Assembly: GCA_965644295.1 (NCBI GenBank)
Contig: CBFFRP010000608.1
Span: forward strand, 1 to 64,000
Reading direction: 5' to 3'
Origin: Paraphysomonas bandaiensis
Lineage: Eukaryota > Protista > Chrysophyceae
DNA: 64,000 bases
Positions within the stretch are counted from its first letter, which is position 1. Each line of letters starts with the position of its first letter. The notes below the pieces were generated by a model, which saw only the letters and a program-made list of their open reading frames with translations, did not search any database and was not told the origin of the DNA. The position numbers were made by a program, and so were the translations under genes. Shown piece by piece: positions 19,401 through 26,053 of this stretch.

Positions 19401-22068
19401 TGAGGAAGAAATTGATTTTATTGTCAGATCTGTATATGATTTTATCAACTTCTCCAGTGACGACGATTGCATGGACGAAGAAGAAGAAATGATCAAGGCG
19501 AATCGTCGGGTTGCTATTTTGAAATTCATTGGACTGAATCCCGATTGTTCACCAATAGAGTTGTCGCCAAGACAGCGGTTTTTGTACGGCTCGCATAACA
19601 ATTATTTGCGAACAAAGATAAAGAAAGTGCGTAAAATGTGTGATCGTATTGTTGACGACATAGACCGATTGGCCGAGGATGAGCATGACAACAGAGATGT
19701 AGTATTATTTCAACACTTTATTCTCGAGCAGCTTCCACCAATTAAGCGTATTGCTTTAGCGAGTGAGTTGTTTCAATTTGACATGGCGAGACCACGGTCT
19801 ACGTACTGGCTCACTTGGGTAATCGGTTGGACACTGCAAGTCTTACTCATTTTGTTTTTCCTTTTTTGGGTATTAACTTGGTCTGTTGGGATGGGTAATG
19901 CAATATTTTTGGCTTGGGCTGTTCAGCTTTTGTTTGCAATGTTAGAGGAGTTTTTAGTTACCGAGGTATTTTTAGTGTATCTCCTACATGTAATGGCGGT
20001 TGAACACATGCAGCCTGAACTGAGAAGTATATATCATTCCCTAAAAGTGATCATGACTGATAAATGCAGCAATGTATTGTCCACTGATTTGAACACTGTG
20101 CGTGTGGTTCAGCATTTCTCGGCCTCTTGTCGTGCATCTCGCAAGGAAAGGGTCGCTCATTTGCCATCTTCCATGCTTTTGTGCCAACTGACAGACGAGG
20201 AATATGAGACGTGTCATTTGTTTAGAAGGCGGGAGATGCCATTACCGACATTTCTTTTGATTGGTATTCCTACCCTATTTGGGCTCTGTGGGGACACGGT
20301 TCCTGTGGCAGTGTTCGATGTCTTGGCATCGATAGTATGGGGGCTGTATCTTGTTGTAAATTATATCATATATAATTCGTCACTTTTCATATTAGTAGCA
20401 GTGTATATTGCAGTTGGTGCCATTGTGTTGTACTATAGGTGCTTCGTTATCAAAGGGCGTAGCCAGCGTAGGCTTCGCCGCAGATCCATATCTGGAGTTT
20501 CTTTCAGTTCTTTGGATGGATGGGTATTAAGTTCACCCAAACCCACAGTATTCTCCAGAAGTCCTGTTAAAATGGTCTACAGAATGGTGGATGCCTTTAT
20601 CACCGATGCATACATATTATTGTTTCCAAGAACGGGTCGTCGAGAGAAGCTACAATGGAGAAATATGAATATTACAGGGATTATGGTGGATCTCCCAGTC
20701 GAGCCTGCATTAAAGTCATCCGTTTCCATATCGGACTCTGTGCTGACCGAGTCTGTAGCATCATCGCCTAGACGCTTGTCTCCTCGCTTGTATTCTCGTA
20801 TGTCCTCCCCTATAGTATTTTCCCCACAACGATCACCAATCACGTCCAGGAAGTCAAGTGTAATGTTCAATGGGTTTGAAGACTTGGACATCCTTGATCA
20901 AGAGCCCAGTGATGATTGTACGAAAGTTATGAGGTCACCTAGCGTGGGAACTCTAAGTTACGTCAATGCTGATACTGAAATTCCTCCTGAAATAGGCCAA
21001 ATGAGGGCCAAACCGAAATTTAAAAAGTCTTTGTCTACAAAGATTGCCAACAAGCTTTCGAGCAATCCCAAGCATGTTGTTCGTAGAGTTCTATCTAAAG
21101 TGGAACATCGTGTGACGTTGAGTACGTTGAAGTCTCAGCAGAGTAGATTATTCAATGCTAGTTCCCCAGTAAAAATGCATGGAAATGTAAGTGCCAGACA
21201 AGAGCGTGTAAACAAGTGGAAAGCTGATCGTAAATCGAAACTAATTCTTCGGGAGGCTTTCATTCGCAGATGCCGTAAACAATTTAAAATTTTCGCCAAG
21301 GAGTTGGTGGATGAACGAAATATTCCTCTGGCCACGGTTGACGAAACTGAGAGTTTATTTGAATGGGTTTATGACAATTTTTTCATTCTTTATGAAAACT
21401 CATCACCACAAAAGACGTCGAATAGAGTTTCATGTGGTGCGTTTCAAGATAGCAGCCAAAAAAGGTTACGTGATTCCTTGTTGGATATGATGGTGGCTAG
21501 TCCAGATAAGGAGTTTGATGTCTTGTACGAAGACAGCTTCATCGACTGGATTAACAAATACCGCGTTACAGATGACCCCACATACTACTCTACTTTTCTC
21601 CATGTTGTCAAGGCGAAGGATATCAGTACTGACAAGAATTATAGCATGTTGTCCAAGTATGTGAATATGAAATCAGGACTGTCCGAGCCGAAAAATCCGG
21701 AACCATGGGGCAAGTCGTTCCGGTACGTTGCGCCAGGGAACAAAGATTCTGTTAACCGCGGATTCGGAACGCGGATAACTCCTTCTGATAGCCAAACACA
21801 TTGCTATAGTGGCGATGTTTGCTTACAAGTAAGTTCCGCCAGCTCTGATAGCGACAGTGGTATTTGGAGTACTCCCATTCGAACTATCAACAAGCGTGTG
21901 TGCGTTCGGCTGGTATCAAGCAGCAGCAGTAGTTCCTTGAGTTCCATGAAAGACTCAAATGGAGGTGATATTTCTAGCAGCGATGACGCATCGAGCCATA
22001 GCGACCACACAGACAACTGGTCCATTGCTGACTCGTTAAAAGTCTGCACCCAGGTTGCTGAGCTATAG
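1..22068 (+). CDS. Giant polycystin-1/REJ-like multi-pass membrane protein with a >4,400-aa Pro/Ser/Thr repeat stalk (5' end outside window)
   Basis: Single open frame of 7355 codons, open at the window edge, stop TAG 22066-22068. After the repeats: REJ-like motifs (LDASGSIDED, NGPPTSGSFVVSPSEG...WVDEVNDYPLRYTY), Cys-rich EGF-like units (CSGHGVC...CRCGGGYGGKSC), a GPS-like Cys segment, about 8 hydrophobic segments (~18410-20445) and a Ser-rich cytoplasmic tail. Confidence 0.85.
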   Translation: MPTSSPSDMPSGMPSGYPSGIPTDSPLASPTGIPTNVPSVLPTLIPSGLPTSSPSDMPSGYPSGYPSGIPTDSPLASPTGIPTNVPSVLPTLIPSGLPTSSPSDMPSGMPSGYPSGIPTDSPLASPTGIPTNVPSVLPTLIPSGLPTSSPSDMPSGYPSGYPSGIPTDSPLASPTGIPTNVPSVLPTLVPSGLPTSSPSDMPSGYPSGYPSGIPTDSPLASPTGIPTNVPSVLPTLIPSGLPTSSPSDMPSGMPSGYPSGIPTDSPLASPTGIPTNVPSVLPTLIPSGLPTSSPSDMPSGMPSGYPSGIPTDSPLASPTGIPTNVPSVLPTLIPSGLPTSSPSDMPSGMPSGYPSGIPTDSPLASPTGIPTNVPSVLPTLIPSGLPTSSPSDMPSGYPSGYPSGIPTDSPLASPTGIPTNVPSVLPTLIPSGLPTSSPSDMPSGYPSGYPSGIPTDSPLASPTGIPTNVPSVLPTLIPSGLPTSSPSDMPSGYPSGYPSGIPTDSPLASPTGIPTNVPSVLPTLIPSGLPTSSPSDMPSGYPSGYPSGIPTDSPLASPTGIPTNVPSVLPTLIPSGLPTSSPSDMPSGMPSGYPSGIPTDSPLASPTGIPTNVPSVLPTLIPSGLPTSSPSDMPSGMPSGYSSGIPTDSPLASPTGIPTNVPSVLPTLIPSGLPTSSPSDMPSGYPSGYPSGIPTDSPLASPTGIPTNVPSVLPTLIPSGLPTSSPSDMPSGYPSGYPSGIPTDSPLASPTGIPTNVPSVLPTLIPSGLPTSSPSDMPSGYPSGYPSGIPTDSPLASPTGIPTNVPSVLPTLIPSGLPTSSPSDMPSGYPSGYPSGIPTDSPLASPTGIPTNVPSVLPTLIPSGLPTSSPSDMPSGYPSGYPSGIPTDSPLASPTGIPTNVPSVLPTLIPSGLPTSSPSDMPSGMPSGYPSGIPTDSPLASPTGIPTNVPSVLPTLIPSGLPTSSPSDMPSGYPSGYPSGIPTDSPLASPTGIPTNVPSVLPTLIPSGLPTSSPSDMPSGYPSGIPTDSPLASPTGIPTNVPSVLPTLIPSGLPTSSPSDMPSGMPSGYPSGIPTDSPLASPTGIPTNVPSVLPTLIPSGLPTSSPSDMPSGYPSGYPSGIPTDSPLASPTGIPTNVPSVLPTLIPSGLPTSSPSDMPSGMPSGYPSGIPTDSPLASPTGIPTNVPSVLPTLIPSGLPTSSPSDMPSGIPSGYPSGYPSGIPTDSPLASPTGIPTNVPSVLPTLIPSGLPTSSPSDMPSGFPSGYPSGIPTDSPLASPTGIPTNVPSVLPTLIPSGLPTSSPSDMPSGYPSGYPSGIPTDSPLASPTGIPTNVPSVLPTLIPSGLPTSSPSDMPSGIPSGYPSGIPTDSPLASPTGIPTNVPSVLPTLIPSGLPTSSPSDMPSGMPSGYPSGIPTDSPLASPTGIPTNVPSVLPTLIPSGLPTSSPSDMPSGMPSGYPSGIPTDSPLASPTGIPTNVPSVLPTLIPSGLPSSSPSDMPSGYPSGYPSGIPTDSPLASPTGIPTNVPSVLPTLIPSGLPTSSPSDMPSGIPSGYPSGIPTDSPLASPTGIPTNVPSVLPTLIPSGLPTSSPSDMPSGIPSGYPSGIPTDSPLASPTGIPTNVPSVLPTLIPSGLPTSSPSDMPSGMPSGYPSGIPTDSPLASPTGIPTNVPSVLPTLIPSGLPTSSPSDMPSGIPSGYPSGIPTDSPLASPTGIPTNVPSVLPTLIPSGLPTSSPSDMPSGYPSGYPSGIPTDSPLASPTGIPTNVPSVLPTLIPSGLPTSSPSDMPSGYPSGYPSGIPTDSPLASPTGIPTNVPSVLPTLIPSGLPTSSPSDMPSGYPSGYPSGIPTDSPLASPTGIPTNVPSVLPTLIPSGLPTSSPSDMPSGYPSGYPSGIPTDSPLASPTGIPTNVPSVLPTLIPSGLPTSSPSDMPSGIPSGYPSGYPSGIPTDSPLASPTGIPTNVPSVLPTLIPSGLPTSSPSDMPSGYPSGYPSGIPTDSPLASPTGIPTNVPSVLPTLIPSGLPTSSPSDMPSGIPSGYPSGYPSGIPTDSPLASPTGIPTNVPSVLPTLIPSGLPTSSPSDMPSGYPSGYPSGIPTDSPLASPTGIPTNVPSVLPTLIPSGLPTSSPSDMPSGYPSGYPSGILTDSPLASPTGIPTNVPSVLPTLIPSGLPTSSPSDMPSGYPSGYPSGIPTDSPLASPTGIPTNVPSVLPTLIPSGLPTSSPSDMPSGYPSGIPTDSPLASPTGIPTNVPSVLPTLIPSGLPTSSPSDMPSGYPSGYPSGIPTDSPLASPTGIPTNVPSVLPTLIPSGLPTSSPSDMPSGMPSGYPSGYPSGIPTDSPLASPTGIPTNVPSVLPTLIPSGLPTSSPSDMPSGFPSGYPSGIPTDSPLASPTGIPTNVPSVLPTLIPSGLPTSSPSDMPSGIPSGYPSGYPSGIPTDSPLASPTGIPTNVPSVLPTLIPSGLPTSSPSDMPSGFPSGYPSGIPTDSPLASPTGIPTNVPSVLPTLIPSGLPTSSPSDMPSGYPSGYPSGIPTDSPLASPTGIPTNVPSVLPTLIPSGLPTSSPSDMPSGYPSGYPSGIPTDSPLASPTGIPTNVPSVLPTLIPSGLPTSSPSDMPSGIPSGYPSGYPSGIPTDSPLASPTGIPTNVPSVLPTLIPSGLPTSSPSDMPSGFPSGYPSGIPTDSPLASPTGIPTNVPSVLPTLIPSGLPTSSPSDMPSGIPSGYPSGYPSGIPTDSPLASPTGIPTNVPSVLPTLIPSGLPTSSPSDMPSGFPSGYPSGIPTDSPLASPTGIPTNVPSVLPTLIPSGLPTSSPSDMPSGYPSGYPSGIPTDSPLASPTGIPTNVPSVLPTLIPSGLPTSSPSDMPSGYPSGYPSGIPTDSPLASPTGIPTNVPSVLPTLIPSGLPTSSPSDMPSGYPSGYPSGIPTDSPLASPTGIPTNVPSVLPTLIPSGLPTSSPSDMPSGYPSGYPSGIPTDSPLASPTGIPTNVPSVLPTLIPSGLPTSSPSDMPSGMPSGYPSGIPTDSPLASPTGIPTNVPSVLPTLIPSGLPTSSPSDMPSGFPSGYPSGIPTDSPLASPTGIPTNVPSVLPTLIPSGLPTSSPSDMPSGFPSGYPSGIPTDSPLASPTGIPTNVPSVLPTLIPSGLPTSSPSDMPSGYPSGYPSGIPTDSPLASPTGIPTNVPSVLPTLIPSGLPTSSPSDMPSGFPSGYPSGIPTDSPLASPTGIPTNVPSVLPTLIPSGLPTSSPSDMPSGYPSGYPSGIPTDSPLASPTGIPTNVPSVLPTLIPSGLPTSSPSDMPSGYPSGYPSGIPTDSPLASPTGIPTNVPSVLPTLIPSGLPTSSPSDMPSGYPSGYPSGIPTDSPLASPTGIPTNVPSVLPTLIPSGLPTSSPSDMPSGFPSGYPSGIPTDSPLASPTGIPTNVPSVLPTLIPSGLPTSSPSDMPSGMPSGMPSGYPSGIPTDSPLASPTGIPTNVPSVLPTLIPSGLPTSSPSDMPSGFPSGYPSGIPTDSPLASPTGIPTNVPSVLPTLIPSGLPTSSPSDMPSGYPSGYPSGIPTDSPLASPTGIPTNVPSVLPTLIPSGLPTSSPSDMPSGYPSGYPSGIPTDSPLASPTGIPTNVPSVLPTLIPSGLPTSSPSDMPSGMPSGMPSGYPSGIPTDSPLASPTGIPTNVPSVLPTLIPSGLPTSSPSDMPSGYPSGYPSGIPTDSPLASPTGIPTNVPSVLPTLIPSGLPTSSPSDMPSGYPSGYPSGIPTDSPLASPTGIPTNVPSVLPTLIPSGLPTSSPSDMPSGYPSGYPSGIPTDSPLASPTGIPTNVPSVLPTLIPSGLPTSSPSDMPSGYPSGYPSGIPTDSPLASPTGIPTNVPSVLPTLIPSGLPTSSPSDMPSGYPSGYPSGIPTDSPLASPTGIPTNVPSVLPTLIPSGLPTSSPSDMPSGMPSGMPSGYPSGIPTDSPLASPTGIPTNVPSVLPTLIPSGLPTSSPSDMPSGYPSGYPSGIPTDSPLASPTGIPTNVPSVLPTLIPSGLPTSSPSDMPSGFPSGYPSGIPTDSPLASPTGIPTNVPSVLPTLIPSGLPTSSPSDMPSGYPSGYPSGIPTDSPLASPTGIPTNVPSVLPTLIPSGLPTSSPSDMPSGYPSGYPSGIPTDSPLASPTGIPTNVPSVLPTLIPSGLPTSSPSDMPSGYPSGYPSGIPTDSPLASPTGIPTNVPSVLPTLIPSGLPTSSPSDMPSGYPSGYPSGIPTDSPLASPTGIPTNVPSVLPTLIPSGLPTSSPSDMPSGYPSGYPSGIPTDSPLASPTGIPTNVPSVLPTLIPSGLPTSSPSDMPSGYPSGYPSGIPTDSPLASPTGIPTNVPSVLPTLIPSGLPTSSPSDMPSGYPSGYPSGIPTDSPLASPTGIPTNVPSVLPTLIPSGLPTSSPSDMPSGYPSGYPSGIPTDSPLASPTGIPTNVPSVLPTLIPSGLPTSSPSDMPSGMPSGYPSGIPTPNTFYIPLNSNCPSLVPSSFFSGVDMDHIVNDFDFKSFADAVFFKSSASSIREFEIMIERWSDFLSEYFLDSPFVYRTYDIVVQRFIISEGDQVIYGARYSCEDFIHSNEIMSSLLNASATPLTVMCGGYLWRVTNGKLCLNCTSSLLSCSNNIPTSRNAVIPPLSECSGTSSIKYGIVMRIRSKLILSELVPSIAFLGHDATNYSISVYANVSTTGYGSSIYCMAIESNEIPVSVAELKSKGFVYTTPRGSNYEVGYSEITIELTDVDAASVYDVYCYSEDSFGYGMSYEDMLATVLYDIKTPCCVEVSLINIPSVVLGNPSDYSSNTDFRFIFSIGSRVTGTSTVNVVPILVKAEELNDTRGSLSSSNANTQETAPGNVYVSPPNITFSSSSISTEGSFIITATGGAAGTYYLSLNIQESGSSRFKTSSSLSVIEIRSTVPVPAPPQLKSCVFLSSGKGAVVYFSDPVDLDKASSRAGSDKWICSVFFTFPSSNSTQCIFSNDSSVLITFSSMTTAVPTDTISLIGGVIYATCLDKINCDYYEPAGMSTVIMQAPAQPVKPSPSLSLPSSIGSCDDLVVDATLSTGHLGREWRKLHWRISASRESDLSDILSTLQLYQRTSVPIIISSEMLLTAALSKSTVYEKIVFSLSLGLENYLQQLPPESVMYISKNVTFDMSLYAPTARIVGADYRTVSSKSSFSLMVNGSSSTCTEASAPTYSWKVYSSSGVLMRAVKLISKNPKIITVGAFSLPSGHEYHFYATVSNSAGSSFASAIVYVKPGSVIATISGGDTRLVSAHKPIVLDASGSIDEDVNPVGGSASSLRFMWGCVSLAFSNYGVACGLNLTASCHTSVCTIPDSILTPGAKLQVSVKATAADGRYGTAVVVIEVSPIISSISSSISFSGKLNTFNAHDKLSITGYIDTNVSVVATWSLGEMFALSLDHPGLALTPLERLFTYKAPFSNDRINNVLRVSFPFKAAESYFSEEKTYVFRLTVQQLDGRRAAFSELTLHSNGPPTSGSFVVSPSEGYAYQTVFEFVSSGWVDEVNDYPLRYTYRYRYRASSGSIYNVLRSNSESSFLYSSLPEGKSAGYHVIDCVAVIKDIHDATSSANVSVVSRATPNANADEIAQHMVESLEGLVRSYDPDGVISVVNSVGNLVNSVNCSGFDSLFCSSEYNRHACDSSPFTCGKCLVGYDGAVGPDNSLCIFRAATLRALPGEYCENTTLCVHGYCNFTSNTCRTFSKRCQTSVIGMECSGHGVCEYRNGYGDIISAEACTIDNTFCTAVCRCGGGYGGKSCNLNSTQLGNRSALRNKLCENLLNASALLESSADTLSSLVAPLYLSFQPDEIDANSTGFSTCGSALLVIMELISDGYITDLPISYGIAAAEIVSAFAISSDISGLYDHVTHSVYALSLGIENTMVPGESAINISTPSFRVSYLFTYSSDLNEAILQVPPTEAELQFNISLPKLILSPGGLGVCGSDSESEYNQFSVLQWSAEGSPYYNATDLASNLFRFTSRTSSSHQQTVSPLNYSFITYFNEPQNFIDSVPVCALLKVEDDTKSDSPASYDECNCNVTSYSSYNVTFSCFDVSQLCGGGRTLSGLMLDIRSLSDKMGNRKLQSGDDDSDDDSVTMTQFGGLVKAIVVDDFVPVITSSHSPDDYKQATAGVSFVAALLCALGFGYVYFCYWDIHDRNVYRYIRHSEKRYKRKNSWKLRRDNTSGIEGALLRNKALERQHHSSFNKSQFIHTPKDNSVDELVGKFLTVVMSASGLITQKKRLIRFWNALLRHHIILRPFMFPSTYCPRSLRYLNFYTEILVLLFVDSLIYGFLFPDREMCRQYDNTGMATCQAQESAMPGLDSQCVWEPSDPLTNGTTAEYIGTCEPRPPPQSLIFYIVVSVLINCIAIIPKALSLSLLNNVCACCPDFSGSWLPEWVINIFEYPEEPELLGTVRMSSLGESLVKVGTIQNTPKDGLIEKLSGLADLIGTYRYCDLASCEEEIDFIVRSVYDFINFSSDDDCMDEEEEMIKANRRVAILKFIGLNPDCSPIELSPRQRFLYGSHNNYLRTKIKKVRKMCDRIVDDIDRLAEDEHDNRDVVLFQHFILEQLPPIKRIALASELFQFDMARPRSTYWLTWVIGWTLQVLLILFFLFWVLTWSVGMGNAIFLAWAVQLLFAMLEEFLVTEVFLVYLLHVMAVEHMQPELRSIYHSLKVIMTDKCSNVLSTDLNTVRVVQHFSASCRASRKERVAHLPSSMLLCQLTDEEYETCHLFRRREMPLPTFLLIGIPTLFGLCGDTVPVAVFDVLASIVWGLYLVVNYIIYNSSLFILVAVYIAVGAIVLYYRCFVIKGRSQRRLRRRSISGVSFSSLDGWVLSSPKPTVFSRSPVKMVYRMVDAFITDAYILLFPRTGRREKLQWRNMNITGIMVDLPVEPALKSSVSISDSVLTESVASSPRRLSPRLYSRMSSPIVFSPQRSPITSRKSSVMFNGFEDLDILDQEPSDDCTKVMRSPSVGTLSYVNADTEIPPEIGQMRAKPKFKKSLSTKIANKLSSNPKHVVRRVLSKVEHRVTLSTLKSQQSRLFNASSPVKMHGNVSARQERVNKWKADRKSKLILREAFIRRCRKQFKIFAKELVDERNIPLATVDETESLFEWVYDNFFILYENSSPQKTSNRVSCGAFQDSSQKRLRDSLLDMMVASPDKEFDVLYEDSFIDWINKYRVTDDPTYYSTFLHVVKAKDISTDKNYSMLSKYVNMKSGLSEPKNPEPWGKSFRYVAPGNKDSVNRGFGTRITPSDSQTHCYSGDVCLQVSSASSDSDSGIWSTPIRTINKRVCVRLVSSSSSSSLSSMKDSNGGDISSSDDASSHSDHTDNWSIADSLKVCTQVAEL

Positions 22069-23564
22069 AGGATGGTTTGTGAGGTCGCATTCATGCATGT
22101 ATAGTAAATTCGTATCTAGAAATCGTGTCAGACACTGCTTTGAAACAAGTGAGTCGCTTTTTATAATTTGTATATATTGTACTAGATTAAATTTCAGTGA
22201 GTAGCTACGTATGCCACAAAGGAACATACTTTGCTATTTTCTTTTGCATAAATTAAAAGCATTTATTTTTTGTTGGTGAGACTGCCCTATAATATATATT
22301 TTTTCTGGCGTGTGTATCGAATCATTGATGAACAATGTAGCCTGTGCTATAAACAAATCTTGACAATATGATAGGTATTGCTCTTCTCTAAGAATATATT
22401 TATGAGGGTCTACTGACCCATTTGTAAACGATTTTTGCTTAATACAATACTATAACCCGAATTGTTTGCTAAAAATGCCAATACACCTAAATGAAGTGTT
22501 AGTATCAACAATATTCAGATTGGGACCGCTACGGACTGTGATTATTCTCTATTCACATACGAAGCACTTGTGAAGCGTAATGATCCCCTAATGAGATGTG
22601 CTTCTACAAAGCGTGCCTGGTCAGTAGCTTCGAGAGTATGTCACTAATTCACACTAGGGTCGTGCTATTGTGGAAGACAATGCATGTGGGGAAGGGATGA
22701 TATATCTTATGATGATAACTTGTGTATTTGTAAAAAGTTCAACAATAATAACTTGTCGTTGACGTCACTACCAACACAACGAATGGTGTTGTTATGGCAT
22801 TTGAAGTGGACTGCAGGAACACAGCAGCAGAACATAGTTCCAAGGAATTAAGGAACTACTTACTACCATGTAACAAACCAGATGCTTAAGAAATCCCTAT
22901 TTCTATATAATGTTGTCTTGCACATGCTTGTTTGAAACACCATTCTAAACTTATACATATGTATAATCTAAATCCAGTGAAATACGATTCCCAGTTTTTA
23001 AAGTTTAAGCAGCGAGCGAGATAACTATTATAACTTTATAACTCGTCATCTTCTAGCGATAGATATTTCTAACGCTGTTACAGGCAGCTCCTCCTGATGC
23101 TATACTTTTAGTTGAACTCGGACGATGGATCACGCTAATAAAATGTAAATCAAATTAAGTTCCAGGTTACACAAGATGCTACAAGGGGCGCCCCAAAGAA
23201 GGCGAGGACAACAATAGAGAAGGGACAGGAGGAGTGTAAGAAGATCGTTCCGTTTTGCAAGTTGAAAGCAATTACGACAGCAAACAAATAAAAGTAAGCG
23301 TCTTGCTATGACAGATGTATCAATAAGCGTCCTTTACTGAGATGCATGAAACTGTGTGCTCAGGTGATCAAAGCGAGATACAAACCAGTATATCCCATGG
23401 TAATATGAAAGGTGAATAACTATTTCAAACATGCCTGCTGCTGCTAAAGATTGTTGCTGCAAGACTAGTTTATTTATGAATTATCGATAATCTAAATAAG
23501 TTTTATTACTCTTATGCTATTCCATATTACAGGTTAGAATGTAGGTTTGTCCAATGACTCGACT

Positions 23565-23700
23565 TGTTAATAAGTCAAAGCTCAAGGACGTCTACACAAA
23601 TTTGTATCTTATTGTACCACACAAGCATTAGGCTATGAGTCGGCAAAAAATTATCTGCCAACTGTATATGCGTCTGACGTTATTAGTTTTCCCGCAGTCG
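23565..23700 (-). repeat. Dispersed repeat family A, fragment
   Basis: gacgtctacacaa...ttgtaccacacaagcatt-ggctatg...ttagtttTccc is the reverse complement of segments at 39320-39440 and 46715-46790. Confidence 0.75.
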
Positions 23701-24197
23701 GGTAATACCAAAACCTGGCGGATGATGGTCGGAAAAGGGTATAACAATACACTATGCACTATGAAGATATTAACAGTTGTGTACAAAATATTATTTATAA
23801 TATTTTTACTACTTTTTCTTACACATCAATTTTACTGCAATAAAAGTCACCGACTACAGATATATATTATACAGTTCACGCTATACAGTCATAAACATAA
23901 TACTACTCTTTGTACGATACCCCACACCTACGTCGACGTGTTCCGGCCAAAACATTCTCAGGTAAGAGCGCGCATTGATCCACCCATTCTGTTAGGCTCT
24001 GTCACTATCTCCAATTGCTGTTTTTTAGTCCTTTTCTTTGACGAAGTTACAATATATACATAATATATGTAAAACAAACACTGATATATTTATTATAACA
24101 TGTACATAATAATATACTAACCTTTTAGCTTCCTCAAGTAACATGCCACTAGCTTATAGACATGCTGTCTATCGTTATATTAGATGCCGTAAGTATT

Positions 24198-24380
24198 GCC
24201 TGTTTATTTGTCAGGGCCCGTATTTTCATCATTTTTGTACCACACAAGCATTATGATATGAGCGGGCAGAAATACTTGTATATGAGGCTTACGTTAGTTT
24301 CCCGGAGAAGTATCTCCGGTACTTATCCCCCAGAATACCACGAGAGGTGTGAGTCCGACTTTGTTGAGGGCTGATTAACA
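24198..24380 (-). repeat. Dispersed repeat family A, fragment
   Basis: tttatttgtcagggccc...ttgtaccacacaagcatt...acgttagtttccc...ggtacttatcccccagaa...gtccgactttgttgaggg matches the reverse complement of 39258-39457. Confidence 0.85.
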
Positions 24381-24918
24381 GTTACTCCAAGACAAGATGC
24401 CAATCAGTACTGAACTTTGCACTGATGATGAGACATGCTAAGTATCATTTTAAATTTTAATATACAACGTTCAGTTAATTAAGTTTAAACCATCCACAAT
24501 GGCAAAAGTTGATACTCTGCAAAAGTTTCGGTACACAACCGTTCTCATGTAATAATCAGACTTTCCTACTAGATACTCTGCCCCAACGGAAAAGAGTACA
24601 GCAGTTTCTGTAACATATACACTTTCATTCTATATTATGGAATTCTAATAGAATATATAGATGTTAATGACATTATTCGTAGAATTAGTGTGCTTGACTC
24701 ATTGAATCGAATTTAGCTCTTCATGAATAAGTTTCGTGTTGGGCGCCATATTAGTTGAAATAGAATTTAGGTAAGAACTTCGGGGTAGAAATAGAACTTG
24801 AAATACATAAAATATTAGACAAAGAGCTAATCCCTAATAGTTATTAACAAATACTTTGTAAACACGTTTGCATAACAGCATGTATGATACTCTTTTCGCG
24901 GGGTTTAAAAACAATTTT

Positions 24919-26053
24919 CTATCGGCTCGGAGCGTACCCTGGTGGTAACAATTCCATGGAGAGAATCTGTATAAAGTCTTTCTTATCTTTTATAAATCCC
25001 GATCCGCCTGCTCCAGGCTGCTGTTGCATGCGTTTGATGACGTCTTTTCCTTTAACAACACGCCCAAAACAACTGCACAAATCGTATTATCTCAACTATT
25101 GTACTTCGTATATAATTTCGTACAAAACATTGTGAACAAAGACATATAAGAAACGTAACATCCTACTTCAGGTCGAGTATAATATAAGAGCGGTGTATAA
25201 ATGCGTTGTACCTATCAGCCTCTGTCTTAGACCCTTGCGAGGCCGGCCCATGGTTACGGGTATTGTCCACCGTGGATATATATATTGCAGTACTGCCAGA
25301 GGGTCTACCTGCGTACCCCAAGGTATACATCTTATGCGGGTACTGCGGACTATACTCCTGCCAGGCAAAGGACTCCGATCCAGTCCCGTGCAGCATCGCT
25401 TGAAGTACATGACCTGCATTGCGATGAAACGCGCCGGTGGAGAACTTGTTCAGAATTTTTTCCAAGAAAAAATAGACAGAATACGGAACGATATCTATTG
25501 GAGCTAGCTCAACAATAATTTCACTATTTTTGGATTCACCAGAACCAAGCATAGACTCTGGAAAACGTATCTTTATGACAACGTTATACGGTCCGATACC
25601 ATACTTCGCAGTTAGAAAACGGCGTAATGACGCCTGGGCTTCGCTTATCTTCGTCTGCGCGATTGAATCAGTTTCCATAACCACTCCTTTCTTTTTCATC
25701 GCACGAAGTTCTTCAACTTGTCCGATCGCAACGGCCTCTAACGATACGATATGAGATGCTTTGAGCTCACTCTGGCTGACAGCTACAGGAGCATCTGTCC
25801 GCTGGACTCCATTTACTCCCCTCAACCCTTCTGTACGTACTGGAGGCAATGTACTAGTAGTGAACATGCTGGATAGTCGCATAGGCCGTGTGTGATAGGC
25901 AAATAAACCGCCTGTGAGCAACAGCACTGCTATGAGCAGCCACAGCCATACAGAGGCTTCAGACGAGCCCTTACGCTCCTCATCTATATCCTCGGACCCA
26001 TGGGAGGATAGAGGACCATCTCCTGCTCTACCTCCTCTTTTCCTGGGTATCAT
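24919..26053 (-). CDS. Membrane-anchored divergent cyclophilin-like protein, 2 exons (26053-25212; 25072-24919)
   Basis: N-terminal TM helix (VWLWLLIAVLLLTGGLFAY); cyclophilin-like motifs IIVELAP...PYSVYFF, FHRNAGHVLQA, YTLGYAGRP, YISTVDN. A GT-AG intron (25211-25073) joins EADS to CFGRVVKG; stop at 24919. Confidence 0.75.

Noticed and set aside
13800-22094. Many short antisense or alternate-frame ORFs within the giant gene (likewise within ABCC, Copia and formin)
   Set aside because: Shadow ORFs of long coding regions with no independent support.
22480-23410. Coding-looking fragments (e.g. TRGAPKKAR...FCK) suggesting a decayed transposase
   Set aside because: Too short and interrupted to assign without a search.
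23635-24374. ORFs 23635-24063 and 24162-24374 sharing LYMRLTL
   Set aside because: Similarity comes from the non-coding repeat family A; the frames are not conserved among copies.
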